A DNA stretch of 41,385 nt from Trypethelium eluteriae (GCA_051942245.1 JAVECL010000162.1:1-41385), one strand, 5' to 3'; positions 23,765 to 36,632 are shown, numbered from the stretch's first letter. Made by a program: numbers and translations. Notes: a model not told the origin generated them from the letters alone.

Positions 23765-24350
23765 CGATTAGCTGGTGAAGTGTGAGTATTTTGTTCTGTG
23801 GATTTTGGATGTTAAGGAAGCTGCGAAGGTGCGGTACGTTTGTACTAACAGAAGTGGAGTCCTTGTCGCACGAGTAGGTCAACCATCAAGATGGACTGGT
23901 GCATTCATCACTACTTGTCTTCACTCGGAACACCTCGAAACGCGCTTCCGGAGCAATTGGAGTATCCCTCAAAGTTGCTCACATCCATACGCTAGCTCCC
24001 CTCAATGACAAGCCAGCCGAGCGCGAGAACTTCGCAAATGCGCCTTGCAGTGCGCTCTGGATAATTTTACGTATGAATTAAGTCAATCAAGCTGATACGC
24101 AGGAATGCCAGGAAATCCCTTACAACGCTGGCAGCCTCATGCTTGGAGCTATTGTCCAAAGAATAGGCGGGACAAATTGATTGAGGTCGGACATGATGCA
24201 CGATCTGGGCTATATGGGTCGATCTCCGGGTTGGATTTGTTTCATCACTTTCTGGGTTTTTCTCTGCCATCATCCCTAGCTGTTCCCTTGTACGAGGCTC
24301 CGCGGAGGTGCCCGGAGCATTAGGATCTTGCGCAAGAGGGCACTGAAGAC

Positions 24351-24493
24351 GTTACGGTTTTTCCGTGTCCGAATTTCCTTCATCCATCAAACGGGGTCTG
24401 AAAAGAAACAGTATTTGTTATTTTCCGCGAGAACAGTTAAAATACTAGTGTCCTGTCTTCATCGATTGGCCACAGTATGAAGATAACGGGCTC
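24351..24493 (+). repeat. 143-bp direct repeat, copy 2
   Basis: Ungapped match to 20557-20699. Retains C/G at most variant positions. Confidence 0.92.
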
Positions 24494-25965
24494 ATTCTCG
24501 GACTACTACTAGATGTTCAAGATATCTATGATACCGATACTACATTGGCTTAACAACATTAGGAGTGTCTAAGACAGGTTACTGTCAGAAGAGCGCCTTG
24601 TTCACGTCAGCTAGATGTTTCATGGTCGACAGGGAACATGATGTCTTGATATGTGTCGATCCCAACTATCGAAAAAATCGACCGTGAGATGTTGTCGACC
24701 ATCCGTCCGGCTGGTGTGTGGTCCGTTGCTAAGAGGACGTCAGACATACCAAGATGAATAACACTTCACGGGACCACCTTCGTACACGATGACAGCGAAG
24801 GCCGTTCCACGTGGTCCGCGCCTCCAATTGGCAACTGCCCACATATATCTCCGCCGCTTCTCCGGCACACGGGAGTAAGCACGAGGCGGCTCGAAATATA
24901 CCTGCATCGTCTGCCAGTACGGCCGCGTTCTGTATAAGCTTGGAGGTCTGCGTGTAGCCAATCAAGGAAGAGGGACAAAAGATTCGGTACTACGATTCAG
25001 GTCCAGGTAAAAGAGTAAAAGAGTAGATTCCCTATGTACAAGAGCGTGCAAGTGTCCCTGGAGGGCCATGACTAGTCATTTTGAAAAGAACTTCAGCACT
25101 GCGGCGCCAAAAGCTTTGCAGCCTCGAGACTCTCATCAAACGTGGCTGTTCAGGGCCCCTTTGATGTTGAACGCCACATTTCTTAAAGACGCCTTGGATG
25201 AGAGATAGAGAAAGCACCTTTAGGACTCATCAGCTCGCTTCGACCAGTAAGGGAAAGCCTTGTGAGCTAATTCATGAAATAGTGGCTGGCCTACTTAGAT
25301 ACATGCGGTTCTCTACAAAGAAAACATGTGCCATGAAAAACTCTTCAAACATTGACGCGATATTCAGGCTGACTTTAGGCCATCAGGTATTGACCTAGTC
25401 AGCCGTATATAACATTCTAAAACTCGGCCAGAAAACGCGAACCTTCCAACTTCCATGTTCGAACTCATCGAGGTGGATGAATCTCACCAGCGCATTCCAT
25501 CTCGAACCTAAAAACGGTAAATTGTCCTAGCATAGCATTGAATGAAGTGCTCGCAATGGTACGGAAGGAGCAAGGTCCGTGCGCGGTAACAAGGCAGCAT
25601 AACAAACGGACTTCCGCAAACATAAGTTTTCTACACAGCGTGCTTGAATGAAAGGGAGACGAAAACATCACAAGATCTATTTTTCGACTGTCCGAGCTCG
25701 GAAGTCAGCTCACTCATTGCTAGCAACACTAAAGTCATAGCTTCCGTCATCATCAGGACCATCTGTGTACTATTCAAAACGAACCCTTATAGTACACTGA
25801 ACAAACATTCCCTATCAACCCTCCGGCAGAAAATTTGATCATGAGCTTTCGTGTCCTCAAAGCCTGTCCAGACTAGTTTCTCATTGCTTCAACATCTGCT
25901 GGATTATCTTCCTGACGGCATTTGAGGCCATTCGCTCCGAAATCCTGCAGAACAAAATTACCAGA

Positions 25966-27429
25966 ATGTCTTCCCCACCGCTTACTCCTTCGGTAGAGCT
26001 ACCGAGATCTTCTAAGGGTGACCGATTCCTTCAGACGGGAACGGCATGCGAATGGTCCGAAGAGTACAGGCCCAACGGCCTTCACCCTATTCACTTTGGT
26101 GACACCTTCAAGGAGAATCAATACACAGTGATCAGAAAACTCGGCAATGGTGCCTTTTCTACTGTATGGCTTGCTCTCGACAAGCTCAAAAAAAGATATG
26201 CGGCTCTCAAGGTCACCACAGCCAAGTCATCCCCATCCATCGATAAGGAGCTGGCCATTTATCAACAGTTAAGCAGAGATGCTACATCAGTTATCATTTC
26301 AAAATATTTCGTTACACTCTTAGACCATTTCAAGATGACTGGACCAAACGGAACCCATCAATGCCTTGTGTATGAACCGATGGGTCCTACCGCCGCATCG
26401 ATGAGAAACCACTTGGGTGAGAACAAAGTCTTGCGGCCACTAGAGCCTCGACGTTATCCCAAATGGATGGCCAAAATCATTTTGAAGCAAACACTCACTG
26501 GACTGGAGTTTCTTCACAAGCACGGCATCGTCCATAGCGATTTATCACCAGGAAATATCCTCTTCTCCATCCCAAGTCTAGACGCGATGAAAGAAGGGAG
26601 ACTGAAGCAGAACGAGGCTGGGACTACAGACTCTCTACGAAGACTTGATGGCAAGCAAGACAAATGGGCGCCGAGATATCTCGCTGTGGGACAGTCTCTC
26701 CACGAATACGTCAACATCGGTCCAAACCTCCAAGTCAAGATCTCCGATCTCGCATCAGCCTTCTTCGCCCACAGTCCCCCAAAATCCGTCGTCACGCCTC
26801 TCGGACTACGAGCGCCGGAACTCATCTTCCACGAACCTGCCGTCGACGCTAGCATCGATATCTGGGCGTTCGGCTGCTTGGTCTACGAGCTCCAGACCGG
26901 GACGGCACTCTTCTGCGTGGAGAGTCTGGGTGATGAAGAGCGGGACGGTGCGGACGACGATCATCTGCTGGATTTGAATGACGTGCTGGAGCCGTTGCCG
27001 GATGCCTGGTTGAAGAAGTGGGAGCGGGCGGACAAGTGGTTTGGGACAAATCGGGAGAGGCTGAATCCACGGGCGGCTGAGACGGGTGACTTCAAAATTG
27101 AGGTTGATGATGAGGAAGATCCGGCGCAGTGGAGCGCGGACGAAGAGCTTTATGGGAAGGATGAAATGGGAGTGTGTGAGGAGGACGAGGAATTTGAGTT
27201 CGCGGATAGTAGAGATGTCATCTTTGACAAGCAATTCAGTGAGGAGATCGGGGATGGACCATTCATCAATGACCCGCTCGAGACGCTGTTTGATCAGAAC
27301 AAGCCAAAGGATATTGATGCTACGGAAGCTGAGGTCATAACAAGACTCATTCGTCAGACCCTGCAATATGAACCTGCGAAGAGGCCGACAGCTGCTCAGC
27401 TACTGGAGCATCCTTGGTTCAGGGACTAG
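25966..27429 (+). CDS. SRPK-like (CMGC) serine/threonine protein kinase, single exon, 487 aa
   Basis: EEYRPNGLHPIHFGD, RKLGNGAFSTVWLA, ALKV, LDHF...GPNGTH.CLV.EPMG, HSDLSPGN, LRAPE, IDIWAFGC, P.KRPTA.QLLEHPWF. Confidence 0.93.
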   Translation: MSSPPLTPSVELPRSSKGDRFLQTGTACEWSEEYRPNGLHPIHFGDTFKENQYTVIRKLGNGAFSTVWLALDKLKKRYAALKVTTAKSSPSIDKELAIYQQLSRDATSVIISKYFVTLLDHFKMTGPNGTHQCLVYEPMGPTAASMRNHLGENKVLRPLEPRRYPKWMAKIILKQTLTGLEFLHKHGIVHSDLSPGNILFSIPSLDAMKEGRLKQNEAGTTDSLRRLDGKQDKWAPRYLAVGQSLHEYVNIGPNLQVKISDLASAFFAHSPPKSVVTPLGLRAPELIFHEPAVDASIDIWAFGCLVYELQTGTALFCVESLGDEERDGADDDHLLDLNDVLEPLPDAWLKKWERADKWFGTNRERLNPRAAETGDFKIEVDDEEDPAQWSADEELYGKDEMGVCEEDEEFEFADSRDVIFDKQFSEEIGDGPFINDPLETLFDQNKPKDIDATEAEVITRLIRQTLQYEPAKRPTAAQLLEHPWFRD

Positions 27430-30149
27430 AAGATATGTTTCAATCTGGTCCGAATCTTTTCACGAATGTCCAACCAACGATTGCAATAAGAACTAGCAGC
27501 AAGGCGCACTAAGGCTCAAGAACAGGCTCTGTCAATTTGGATGTGGCTACCAGTCGGCATCAAAACTCATGCATTAGTAGGATTCAGCCGAGACTACCCA
27601 CGGTCGATATTCTTACCTCTACAAGCTTTGGAATCAACTTATCGAAAATCTTGAAGCAGTAAGGTTGGTATTGGTATTAGAGGATTTCATGTGATGAGAA
27701 GAAAAGTAGAAATAAGAAAAGCGATAAGTGGAACAGTGTGTTTTTTTCTTCACTCCTCATACCTGAGTCAGGAAGGCTTCAGCAAGCTGCTCTAGCTTTA
27801 GATGCCAATGGTCTATGAAGCCTGTTACCATCTAGTAGGTCTGCCGCCAAGCTATCTTTCCATTGTTTTCCGATTATTAGCGAGAGACTTTTCGAACTTA
27901 GTGAGGTCAAATGTCGGCCACAACTATCGTAGCCTCCGCAAGCTTTACTGGCACCAGTCTTTCCTACTCTCCAAGTGTCACTGTGCTTCATATACCAGTA
28001 CCTGCGCCAGTATGCACAATGCACGTAAGCCTCTGCCAGGTACACATACTGGCGAGAAAGGGGGAGCTGCATTGAAAGCAAAAGCTCTGTAGTTTTGTTT
28101 CGGATAGGGAGGACTACTTGATGACCTGTGAAGTTAGGATGACGTGTCTGGTTTTATATAGCCAGCCGACTAGATAGCCAAGACCTATGTTCAGTGCTCT
28201 TGGCGAGATATGTAGATATTAGTTGGTACTGCGTCGCCTTACCTGCCCCTCATGGCAGAATATTATGACCATACCCCCTTCTTTCAAGACTGCCTGGAGC
28301 TTGCTTTATCAAATGTGTGTGGCCAATCATAGGAGAGTATTATGAAGTACATACATGGGGATTTGCATTGTATGCTAGCTTAGAAGAAATTTGGGAAAAG
28401 AGTCTTAGGGCGAACAACAGAGACAGGTGGGAATGGGCGATACAAAACAAGTATTAGCAGGCCGATGACTCAACGGCAATACTTTGCGGAAGGGAACAGT
28501 CACACGCTTGCATTTTCTAGACTAAAGCAGGAGTTCATTCATGCCTACGCTCTGAACATAACCTGGCCAAAAATAGCAGGGGGAGGCTCAAACTTAGTTT
28601 CCGGCTTGGCAGAACAATAATATCCGTATCGGTCAAAATTTTACTGGGAACAATATTGAAATTAAACGAAGCGAAGGTCCTGGCAAGGCATAAGCGAAAG
28701 CCAGAATTAGTAAGCGGCTCGTCTAGCTTTCCACCGTCGCTGTCAAGTTCCGATCCACGTTGCTGAGCTTGGCACGCTCAGCCCTTGCGTTGGTGCCGAA
28801 GGTGCAGCTCACCTCGTGGCTCACAAGGATTCAACTGCAACGTCTTGAACGAGAAGCTCCAGGGCCCATGATCACGAATTGCTTCTTTTGCATTAATTTG
28901 AACGGACTGTCCCGTGCCTGCGTCCGCACGACCCAAAGAGGCCTTCCTGGATGTGAACCGTCAGCTTCCGGGCACGAAAGATATGTCTTAGACCCTTGAT
29001 GGCGAGTCTCCAAACTTAGAACAGGGCTGGCTTGAAAGGATAAGCAGAGGGCCGCTAGCACAATCCTTTCCAACTCTTTCCTTCAAGACTAATCATGCTT
29101 CGGAAATCTGCAAACTTGGTTTGAGAGGGAACATTGAGGTCCTGGCTTTCGCTGTGATCTCTGTGCAGATGCGAGCAGTAGGCTGCGCCAGTACCTTGTA
29201 CTTTGTGCATGGAAATACGCGTCATTATCCCAGGTTTGACTCACGCAAAGAGAACAGAGAGTCAAAGGGGTAAACGTGCTGGTCATCGGAACCAGTCCCA
29301 CGTAATTATTCGGCGGTCGTGTCTAGAGTACTTTCAACGCGGTCGCGGGATACTTGCATTTGCCTTCCTCTATTATTGTCTCAACAATACGAACATGCTA
29401 ACCGTTGGTGATTGCGCACGGCTATGAACGAGTAACCCTATCAAAGAACTCTCATGGCGCAGGTCACTGCATAACGTGAGAATTTGTTCACACAATATAG
29501 CTAGGATTGCTTTTTGTTGGGCTGTTGAACTTTCCCGCGCCGATTCTCGTAGTGTCCCAATGCTCTCCTTGCGGCCGAAAAGCCACACATTGGCATGGGA
29601 TTGCAACAATTCCTCATTACATAGCGATCTGAGGTCTGTGAGCTATCCCCGGGTTTGAGCACTCTCGGCAATCGAGCAGACGGGATACCATCCACCTAAC
29701 TGTGGCGTCGACAGTAGGCATCTTGGCGACCTTGCAACGTCAAATCCAACTACAGCTGCTAAGCATTGGCTGTCTTTCTCTGTTCGACCGGTCTTTTCCA
29801 CCCTACAATTGGCCCAGTCTCTCCTGGAAGGAGTCAACAGCTGAAGGACCCTTTATTGAACCTCTCCAACATGGGGTTCGGGCGGGGAGCACTTGGAGCA
29901 TCGCCTCATGGGTCGTATCTGCCTCGACCTGTACGAGACCCATGGTCGTGGGGGTAGGTCCGACCCCATTTTCTCAGATGCCTCGTGTTAGCCTGGTCCG
30001 TTAAGGGAAGAAGGCTATAAAGGTGCCTTCCTGCTTTGTGAAATGTGTTCAATATCTCTCCCGAGTCGTATCATCCACACTCGCTCGGATATTATTGAGT
30101 CACTCGTTAAGTTGTTGCAAGATATCCATTGTCGCTGTGAATTCGCAAC

Positions 30150-31931
30150 ATGGCGGTCGCACCGCTCAGTCTGGCAAACGTCCAGGGCGATATCTTGTGC
30201 GTCCTTTTATACCTGTCAATCTCAACCAATCTGACCTTTTCCCAGATTCGGTCTTCCGAAACAGACCCAATCATTCTTTTTCTTTCAGATAGACCAGGTC
30301 GATGCTTTCCGCTCGAACCTTTCGAATCTCGTTCCACTCATTACGAGCGCTCAACAAACTCAGACGAACATTTCCGAGATCAGGCAATTCAAAATCAAGA
30401 ATAATATTGCAGTTGATGCAGGAGATGGAGAAGTAGTGCATCCTGATGTTATAACCGTTTCAGGTGTAAACATAGCGTTCTCAGCGAAGGGCTTGCAGAA
30501 GGTTAGCTTTGCATGAAAGTCAAAATTCAGCACAAAACTAACATTCATGCGGATTGGTATCCTCGACGATATCAATGATACTCTCTTCAACAATGGCATG
30601 AAGAGCGACGCCTCCAACCTAGGTGATAGCGGGATGCAGCAGGCTGACGGAACGTTCCAACCTGACTGGGACGATACCTTTTTGCAGGAAATCCATGGCG
30701 TAACGCTCGTTACTGGAGATAGCCATGACACAGTCAATGATAAATTGGCGAGTGTTAAGGATATTCTCTCGGGTACGGTGACAGAAATTTCCACACTGTC
30801 TGGTGATGTTAGGCCGGGCGATGAAGCAGGTCACGAACAGTAAGTGCCCTCGTAGATGTAGGCAATTAGTACTAATATTTCCTAGTTTCGGATATAAGGA
30901 TGGAGTTTCAAACCCTGCGGTTCAGGACGTTGAGGCCATAAACCCCGGACAAGCTACCATCGACCAAGGGTAAGACTCTCAAGGGCTTGCTGCCTGATTT
31001 AAGAAATGACTGATCTGACTATGGAGTAGAGTGGCATTGCTCGGCCGAGGAGTTGATACAGCGACCACGCGCCCGAGCTGGGCCCTGGATGGAAGCTTCA
31101 TGGCATTCCGAAAGCTGCCTCAGCTTGTGCCTGAATTTGATAAGTACAGACCCAAGCGTATAACCAGAAAGTTGGGTATCCTTTAACAAGTGACATAGAT
31201 TTCTACTCGATACCGCAAAGACACAGGATGCAGCCGATCTTATGGGGGCTCGATTTGTGGGAAGATGGAAGAGTGGTAGGTTCCTGATCGACAAAAAGCT
31301 GTTGAGAGTCTAAAGTTTAGCTAATCGATGATGCATAGGTGCACCAATTATGAATGCAACTACTCAGGACGACCCAGCGTTGGGCGCCGACGCAACGCGG
31401 AACAACGATTTCAAGTTTGTCAAAGGCGACCAATCAGCTTGCCCTTTTGCAGCCCATATTCGTAAGATGAATCCAAGGAATGACCTATCTGAGAGTGCTA
31501 TCCAGCCTCATATGATTCTTCGCCGTGGTATTCCGTTCGGACCCGAGGTGTCTGACGAAGAAAGGCAAGCAAACGCCACTGCACAGGAACGCGGGTTGCT
31601 CTTCGTGTGCTATCAGAGCGTCCTTTCCTCGGGCTTCAGCTTCCTTCAACAAGGTAAGACCTATCTTTGTAATGATTTCCGCAATCAGCTAACACGGATG
31701 CCAGCATGGGCAAATAAGCAAAACTTTCCGCCTGGTGATTCACCAACCCCAGGTTTTGACCCCATTATTGGGCAAACTACGAGTGGAGACGTACGAACGA
31801 TGACGGGCGCTTTCGTAAACAATACTTCACAGCCGTTGAACTTGCTTGCGCAATGGGTGAACTCCAAAGGAGGAGAGTATTTCTTTTCGCCTTCTATTCC
31901 GACGTTGCAGAACGTCTTTGCTACCTCTTGA
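30150..31931 (+). CDS. Dye-decolorizing (DyP-type) peroxidase, 8 exons (30150-30196, 30246-30501, 30553-30839, 30886-30969, 31030-31143, 31199-31275, 31339-31653, 31705-31931; 468 aa); intron-2 acceptor non-canonical, possible pseudogene
   Basis: NVQGDILFGLPK, GHEHFGYKDGVSNP (GxxDG), WALDGSFMAFRKLPQLVPEF, GARFVGRWKSGAP, CPFAAHIRKMNPR (proximal His), ILRRGIPFGPE (distal Arg), GLLFVCYQS, GGEYFFSPS. Confidence 0.9.
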
Positions 31932-33134
31932 GGCTTGAGCGGTCATCTTGAGAAATTGCTTGCTTAATTTCTTGCTCCGTATTGTAGCTTCAGGCGCTGT
32001 TTTTTCGGACGTGAGCTTTTTCTTATGGTCAATATGGGAACGGAAAGGCTATGACAGGACGCGAATCAGAGCGGTGTACACTGGGCGTTAAGAATAGTGG
32101 GAAGCCACCACTGTTGCAGCTTTCATACGTAGCTGCCATTTTCAAATTGCTTTCAGAGGCGCGGTGCTGTAGATGAAATTCCACCCTCAATTTACCAGCA
32201 CTCTGCTAGGCACAGGTGACAAACAGTCCTCAGGGGATTGCATAGACAAATGGGACTATATGCAAAGAGGCTCCTGGGTGTTTGTTTGTCAGCAGCGGCG
32301 GAGCTGCAGCTGTCTCTTCCTCCGTGCCCCTGCACCAAAGTCGGGAATCAGTGCATAATATCAGGTGGTGATATCGGATGAGGCTGCAGCATTGATGCCG
32401 AAAGGAAGGTGCTAAAATGCAATAAGTTCGGAAGAGCCGGATCTAATAATACTGGGGTCTGTTGCTAATGCGACCGTTGTAACGGGTTACGCAAGTCTAC
32501 CGTCATCAGCCTCATATTTCAAGCCATATGTCCGGCGTACATCTAAGCTGCTGCTTTTCACGCTTGTGCCCGCTCACAGTCCTCTCGTTTCTTTTGCCAA
32601 CCTGCTCGCAATCGCATGACGCCCCTGGGAGAGTCTCCTGCGCGCAGCATCTCAATCACACAGTTTCGCGAGCAACGAAACCGACCATGACCAACAACTA
32701 CACCCATTCAACGAATTGCATGACCGGATTCGAGATGCGCAAAGGGTACCAAGAGGCTCCTGAATGCTCGCGGATAGTAGCAAAACTGCAGCTATTGCTC
32801 CCTGAGTGAGACCTCGCAGATCAGATGGAAGATCAGAATTGCGGAAGCATCCGTGCGGCGTCAAAACTCTAATCAGGCCAGGATGATAGGCATGACATCA
32901 GACGACAACAATCTCGAAGCCAGTTTGGCAAACGGTTGGCCTCACCAATCCAACTTTCCCCTTCCACTTCATCTTTTCTTCTCCTATTATCTTTATAGGG
33001 TGCTGGCGCCCGCGTAAACAAAGCTTAATTTTTAATTGAGATTGGAATTGAGGCAGGTTCGCTTAGGATCGGAAATATTGGTGGACCCTTCTAGGCCCTG
33101 CCAAGCTACAAACGGCACAGAAACTTTTAAACAC

Positions 33135-34700
33135 ATGGCAGCGCACCATAGCCCCTCCACTGTCCAAACTCTCATTTACCCGGACCACAATCGCTTGCTC
33201 GACGACTCCGACCCAGTCGACATGGAAAACAACGAAAAGGCAACCTTCGCTCAAACCTTTGAAGTCCAGCGACCTAAATACAATGATATCTGGGCCGGAG
33301 TCCTCTTCCTCCTCTTCTGCGCCGGCTTCGTAGCCGTCTCGGGCATTTCGCTGCAGGGCTACGCAACAACCAAGGGATTCAATGGCGGAGGCATCTACGA
33401 CGGAAACAACGACTTCGGGCTCAGTACCAACACCATCATCCTCTTCGTTCTCTGCGTCGCGTCCGCACTCGTTCTAAGCTACGCGTATGTGCTCCTCGCG
33501 CGATTCTTTACGAAACAGATCATCTGGATCACGGGCATTCTGAATGTATTGTGGGGCTTGGGATTGGCGATCTACATGCTTTCGCGGCGCTACTGGTCGG
33601 GTGGCATCGTGATGCTGGTCTTCAGTCTCTTCTTTGTGTTTGCCTTCTTTAGCTGGAGACGCCGCATCCCATTCAGTGTCCTGATGCTACAGACCGCAAT
33701 CGACGTGTCCAGGACGTATGGCCATGTTTACTTGGTCAGTCTGCTAGGAGGCCTCGCTGCCGCCGCATTTGGAATCTGGTACACAATCACATTGGTGGCT
33801 GTGTACGTTAGATTTGAGCCTGGGGCGAACCCGGCATGTGACAGAGGCGCAGGGGGCTGTTCTACGGCGACGGTCATCGGCCTCATCGTGTTCATCACTT
33901 TCACCGCGTACTGGATGACTGAGTTCCTCAAAAACTACATTCACACCATCATCTCCGGTGTCTACGGTTCCTGGTATTTCCGCCCCACAGCCCTGCCTTC
34001 TGGACCCACTCGAGGCGCTATAAGACGTGCGTCGACGTACAGCTTTGGCTCCATTTCCTTTGGAAGCCTGCTGGTAGCTATCATCAACTTCCTCCGCCAG
34101 CTTTGCTCCGTGGGACAGCAAAGCGAGGCGCAGAGTGGCGATATCGTCGGAGCAATCGCATTCTGCGTCCTTCGATGCTTCCTTGGCGTCCTTGAGTGGG
34201 TCGTCCAGTTCATCAACCGCTACGCCTTCTCGTACATTGCGCTCTATGGTAAGGCATATATCCCAGCAGCCAAGGACACATGGCGGTAAGTCAATCAGAG
34301 CTCTTCTCTCGCGTTGCGGAGCTAGTATGCTAATGATCCCTACAGTATGATCCGAGACCGTGGTATCGACGCCCTTGTCAACGAATGCCTCATTGGCCCC
34401 GTCTTCGGCATGGGCTCCTTCTTCGTTGCCTTCTTCTGCGGCCTCCTCTCCTTCCTCTACGTCACCTTCACCAAACCAGCCTACAACGAGCACAACGAAT
34501 TCACGCCCGTTATCGTCGCCTTTGCCTTCGTGGTAGGGCTGCAGATGTGCAACACCATGACGGTACCATTGTCCAGCGGTATCGATACCATCTTCGTGGC
34601 CATGGCGTGGGATCCGGAGGCCATGAGGACCCAACATCCGGATCTGTGGGATCAGATCGTGGCGAGGTACCCCAAGGTCCAGCAAGCTGTCATGGCTTAG
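33135..34700 (+). CDS. PNS1: Choline-transporter-like (CTL/SLC44) protein PNS1; exons 33135-34285, 34346-34700 (start uncertain)
   Basis: PKYNDIWAG, ISGVYGSWYF, STYSFGSISFGSL, NRYAFSYIALYGKAYIPAAKDTWR|MIRDRGIDALVNECL, SGIDTIFVAMAWDP. Confidence 0.93.
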
Positions 34701-35043
34701 ATGATATAATGAGGTTACGGTCAAGGAACATTCGGAGTTTAATCAGGGCCGGAGATTTGCAACAAGGAGACCACACAGCATACTGGGTTGGCTGGCTTGG
34801 ACCTTCCAGTAGAAATGCAGTAATGATTCTTTTCACTCGGTATACCCATTAATACAAGTAGAGCGAAGAAAGCTTCGACTTGCTCCAATAATGAAATCGA
34901 CTCTAATTTTTAAGTAGACTATTCCAACGTTGCTCATATGTCTGAAGGTGATCGCACTCAGTATTATACTTGCTATCTTTGAGCGATATCTTCGCCTTTA
35001 TCTCGGTTGAATCAGGGGCCTGCGTGGAGACCATCGCAAGATC

Positions 35044-36632
35044 TTACGCAGCTTCCATATCAAACGAGCTGACTGTAACACTTCCACCAAGTGCCGATGT
35101 CGCATAATTGAATATTCCATATCGATAACCCATAAAGAATTCCCACGTGGTATTAAGACTATACGAGTTTCCAATGTTACTGAAAGTCGTTCCATCAGTG
35201 CTGTATTGGAAGCTGGCAGTCTTGCCTGTGGGGCTGATATCGGCTGTCGCTCTGAACCATACTTTCGTTGTACCGCCCGGTAGATTCACTCCTGCCACTT
35301 CGCTCCCCGTGCTTACTGTGTTCCAGGTGCTATCCATCGTCAGTCCGGAGACCTGGCTTACACGGAATGTGCCGCCGTTGTTCACGACAGCAACGTATGC
35401 GGAGGAGTCTCGCAGCATGGCTAGTCCGGCCCGATCGCCCGAGGCCATGCTGCTGATGGTGAGTGCAATAGTACCGCGAGATTTAGGTCCGTAGATGCGG
35501 TGTGTCAATGTATTCCGCGCTTTGTAGAGATCTGAAGTTACGGTTGCTGTCCTCAAGGTGAGGCCGTTGTTGACTGTGAATTTTGTCGTGTCCGGGTTAT
35601 GGTTCCACTCCCATTGCGCGCTGAGCGAGGTGCCACTGAAACTATCGGTGCCGAGAGGATTGGTCAGGTTGTGTTGCGAGAGAGGGTAAGCTTCTGATTT
35701 GGGCCAGGCGCCGTTGGAGGTTGTTAGCACCGGAAAGCCGTCCGAGCCCCAGGTTATGGGAGCCAGCACTGGCGTACGCCCACCAGGGTAATTGTCTATG
35801 AAGGCCATATAGTACCATTGGCCGCTTGGAGTATCAACGATGCCGCCCTGTGTCACAGTTGTCATTCGGGTAGGTTAAGACGTTTCATGTAGTGGCTTAC
35901 CTGGTGTGGGATACCGGCGCCAGAGACGGGAGTGCCAACGTTGCTCTCCAGTAGCTTTTGCGTATAGGGTCCAAAGGGGCTGCTGGCCTGAAGGACATAC
36001 TCGGCACTAGCAGGAAGGGTGTTGAAAATGTAGTACTTTCCATTCACCTTGTACATGCGCGAGCCTTCAATACTACCAACAGTTGAGGCAAAGACCTGCT
36101 GAGTCTTGACTTGGCTGAGACCGTTGGACGACAGTTGGGCGACGTTAATATTAGTATTGCCGTACGCCACGTACATCGTGTCGTCATCGTCAATTAGCAA
36201 GCCAGCATCGTAGTAACATGTTGAAATGGACGCTGTCTGTGTCCATGGCCCGGTAACCGATGGAGCGGTGAAGACATACGTTGTGGAATATTCAATACAG
36301 CCAATCCAATACCATAGGCCATTGCTTTGCCTATATCTCAGCGTGGAAGCATAGATACCCTTTACGTACGCTTGGCCACCAACCAAATTATACTTGGAGC
36401 CCCAGTTCAGCGTAGGTACTGCATGGCTGATATATTCCCAGCTAATGAGGTCATACGACTGTAGTATAGGAGCGCCAGGGGAGTAGTGCATGGTTGACGA
36501 TGTATAATAGAAAGTGTTGTTGACGCGGAGGACATCCAGATCAGCCAAATCCTCCCAGAAGATAGGGTTGGTGAACGTCTGCCCGAAGGCAAGACTCAGA
36601 CAGAAAGCCAAGATGACTGAGATTACTTTCAT
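35044..36632 (-). CDS. Secreted GH43 beta-xylosidase/arabinofuranosidase with C-terminal beta-sandwich; exons 36632-35901, 35847-35044 (511 aa)
   Basis: Signal peptide, NPIFWEDLADLDV, SSTMHYSPGAPIL.SYDL..W, YYDAGLLIDDDD, IEGSRMYK, PHQ|GGIVDTP.G.WYYM.F, WEWNHNPD, ARNTLTHR. Confidence 0.95.

Noticed and set aside
22660..24669. Shared 12-mer GATCCCAACTAT at 22660 and 24658
   Set aside because: Too short with poor flanking alignment, compatible with chance.
24500..25900. Short ORFs between repeat copy 2 and the kinase
   Set aside because: No recognisable domain, transposase motif or consistent exon chain.
27430..30100. 2.7-kb gene-free region with many 60-100 aa ORFs
   Set aside because: No family motifs, repeats or RNA-gene structure that I could see. 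A decayed gene cannot be excluded without tBLASTx.
32960..33134. Polypyrimidine tract with TAG at 32998 and the TTG-started extension of the PNS1 ORF
   Set aside because: May be a 5'-UTR intron acceptor, but I could not build a supported upstream coding exon. ATG 33135 was used instead.
33744..34724. 326-aa antisense ORF over PNS1
   Set aside because: Antisense shadow of a well-supported conserved gene.
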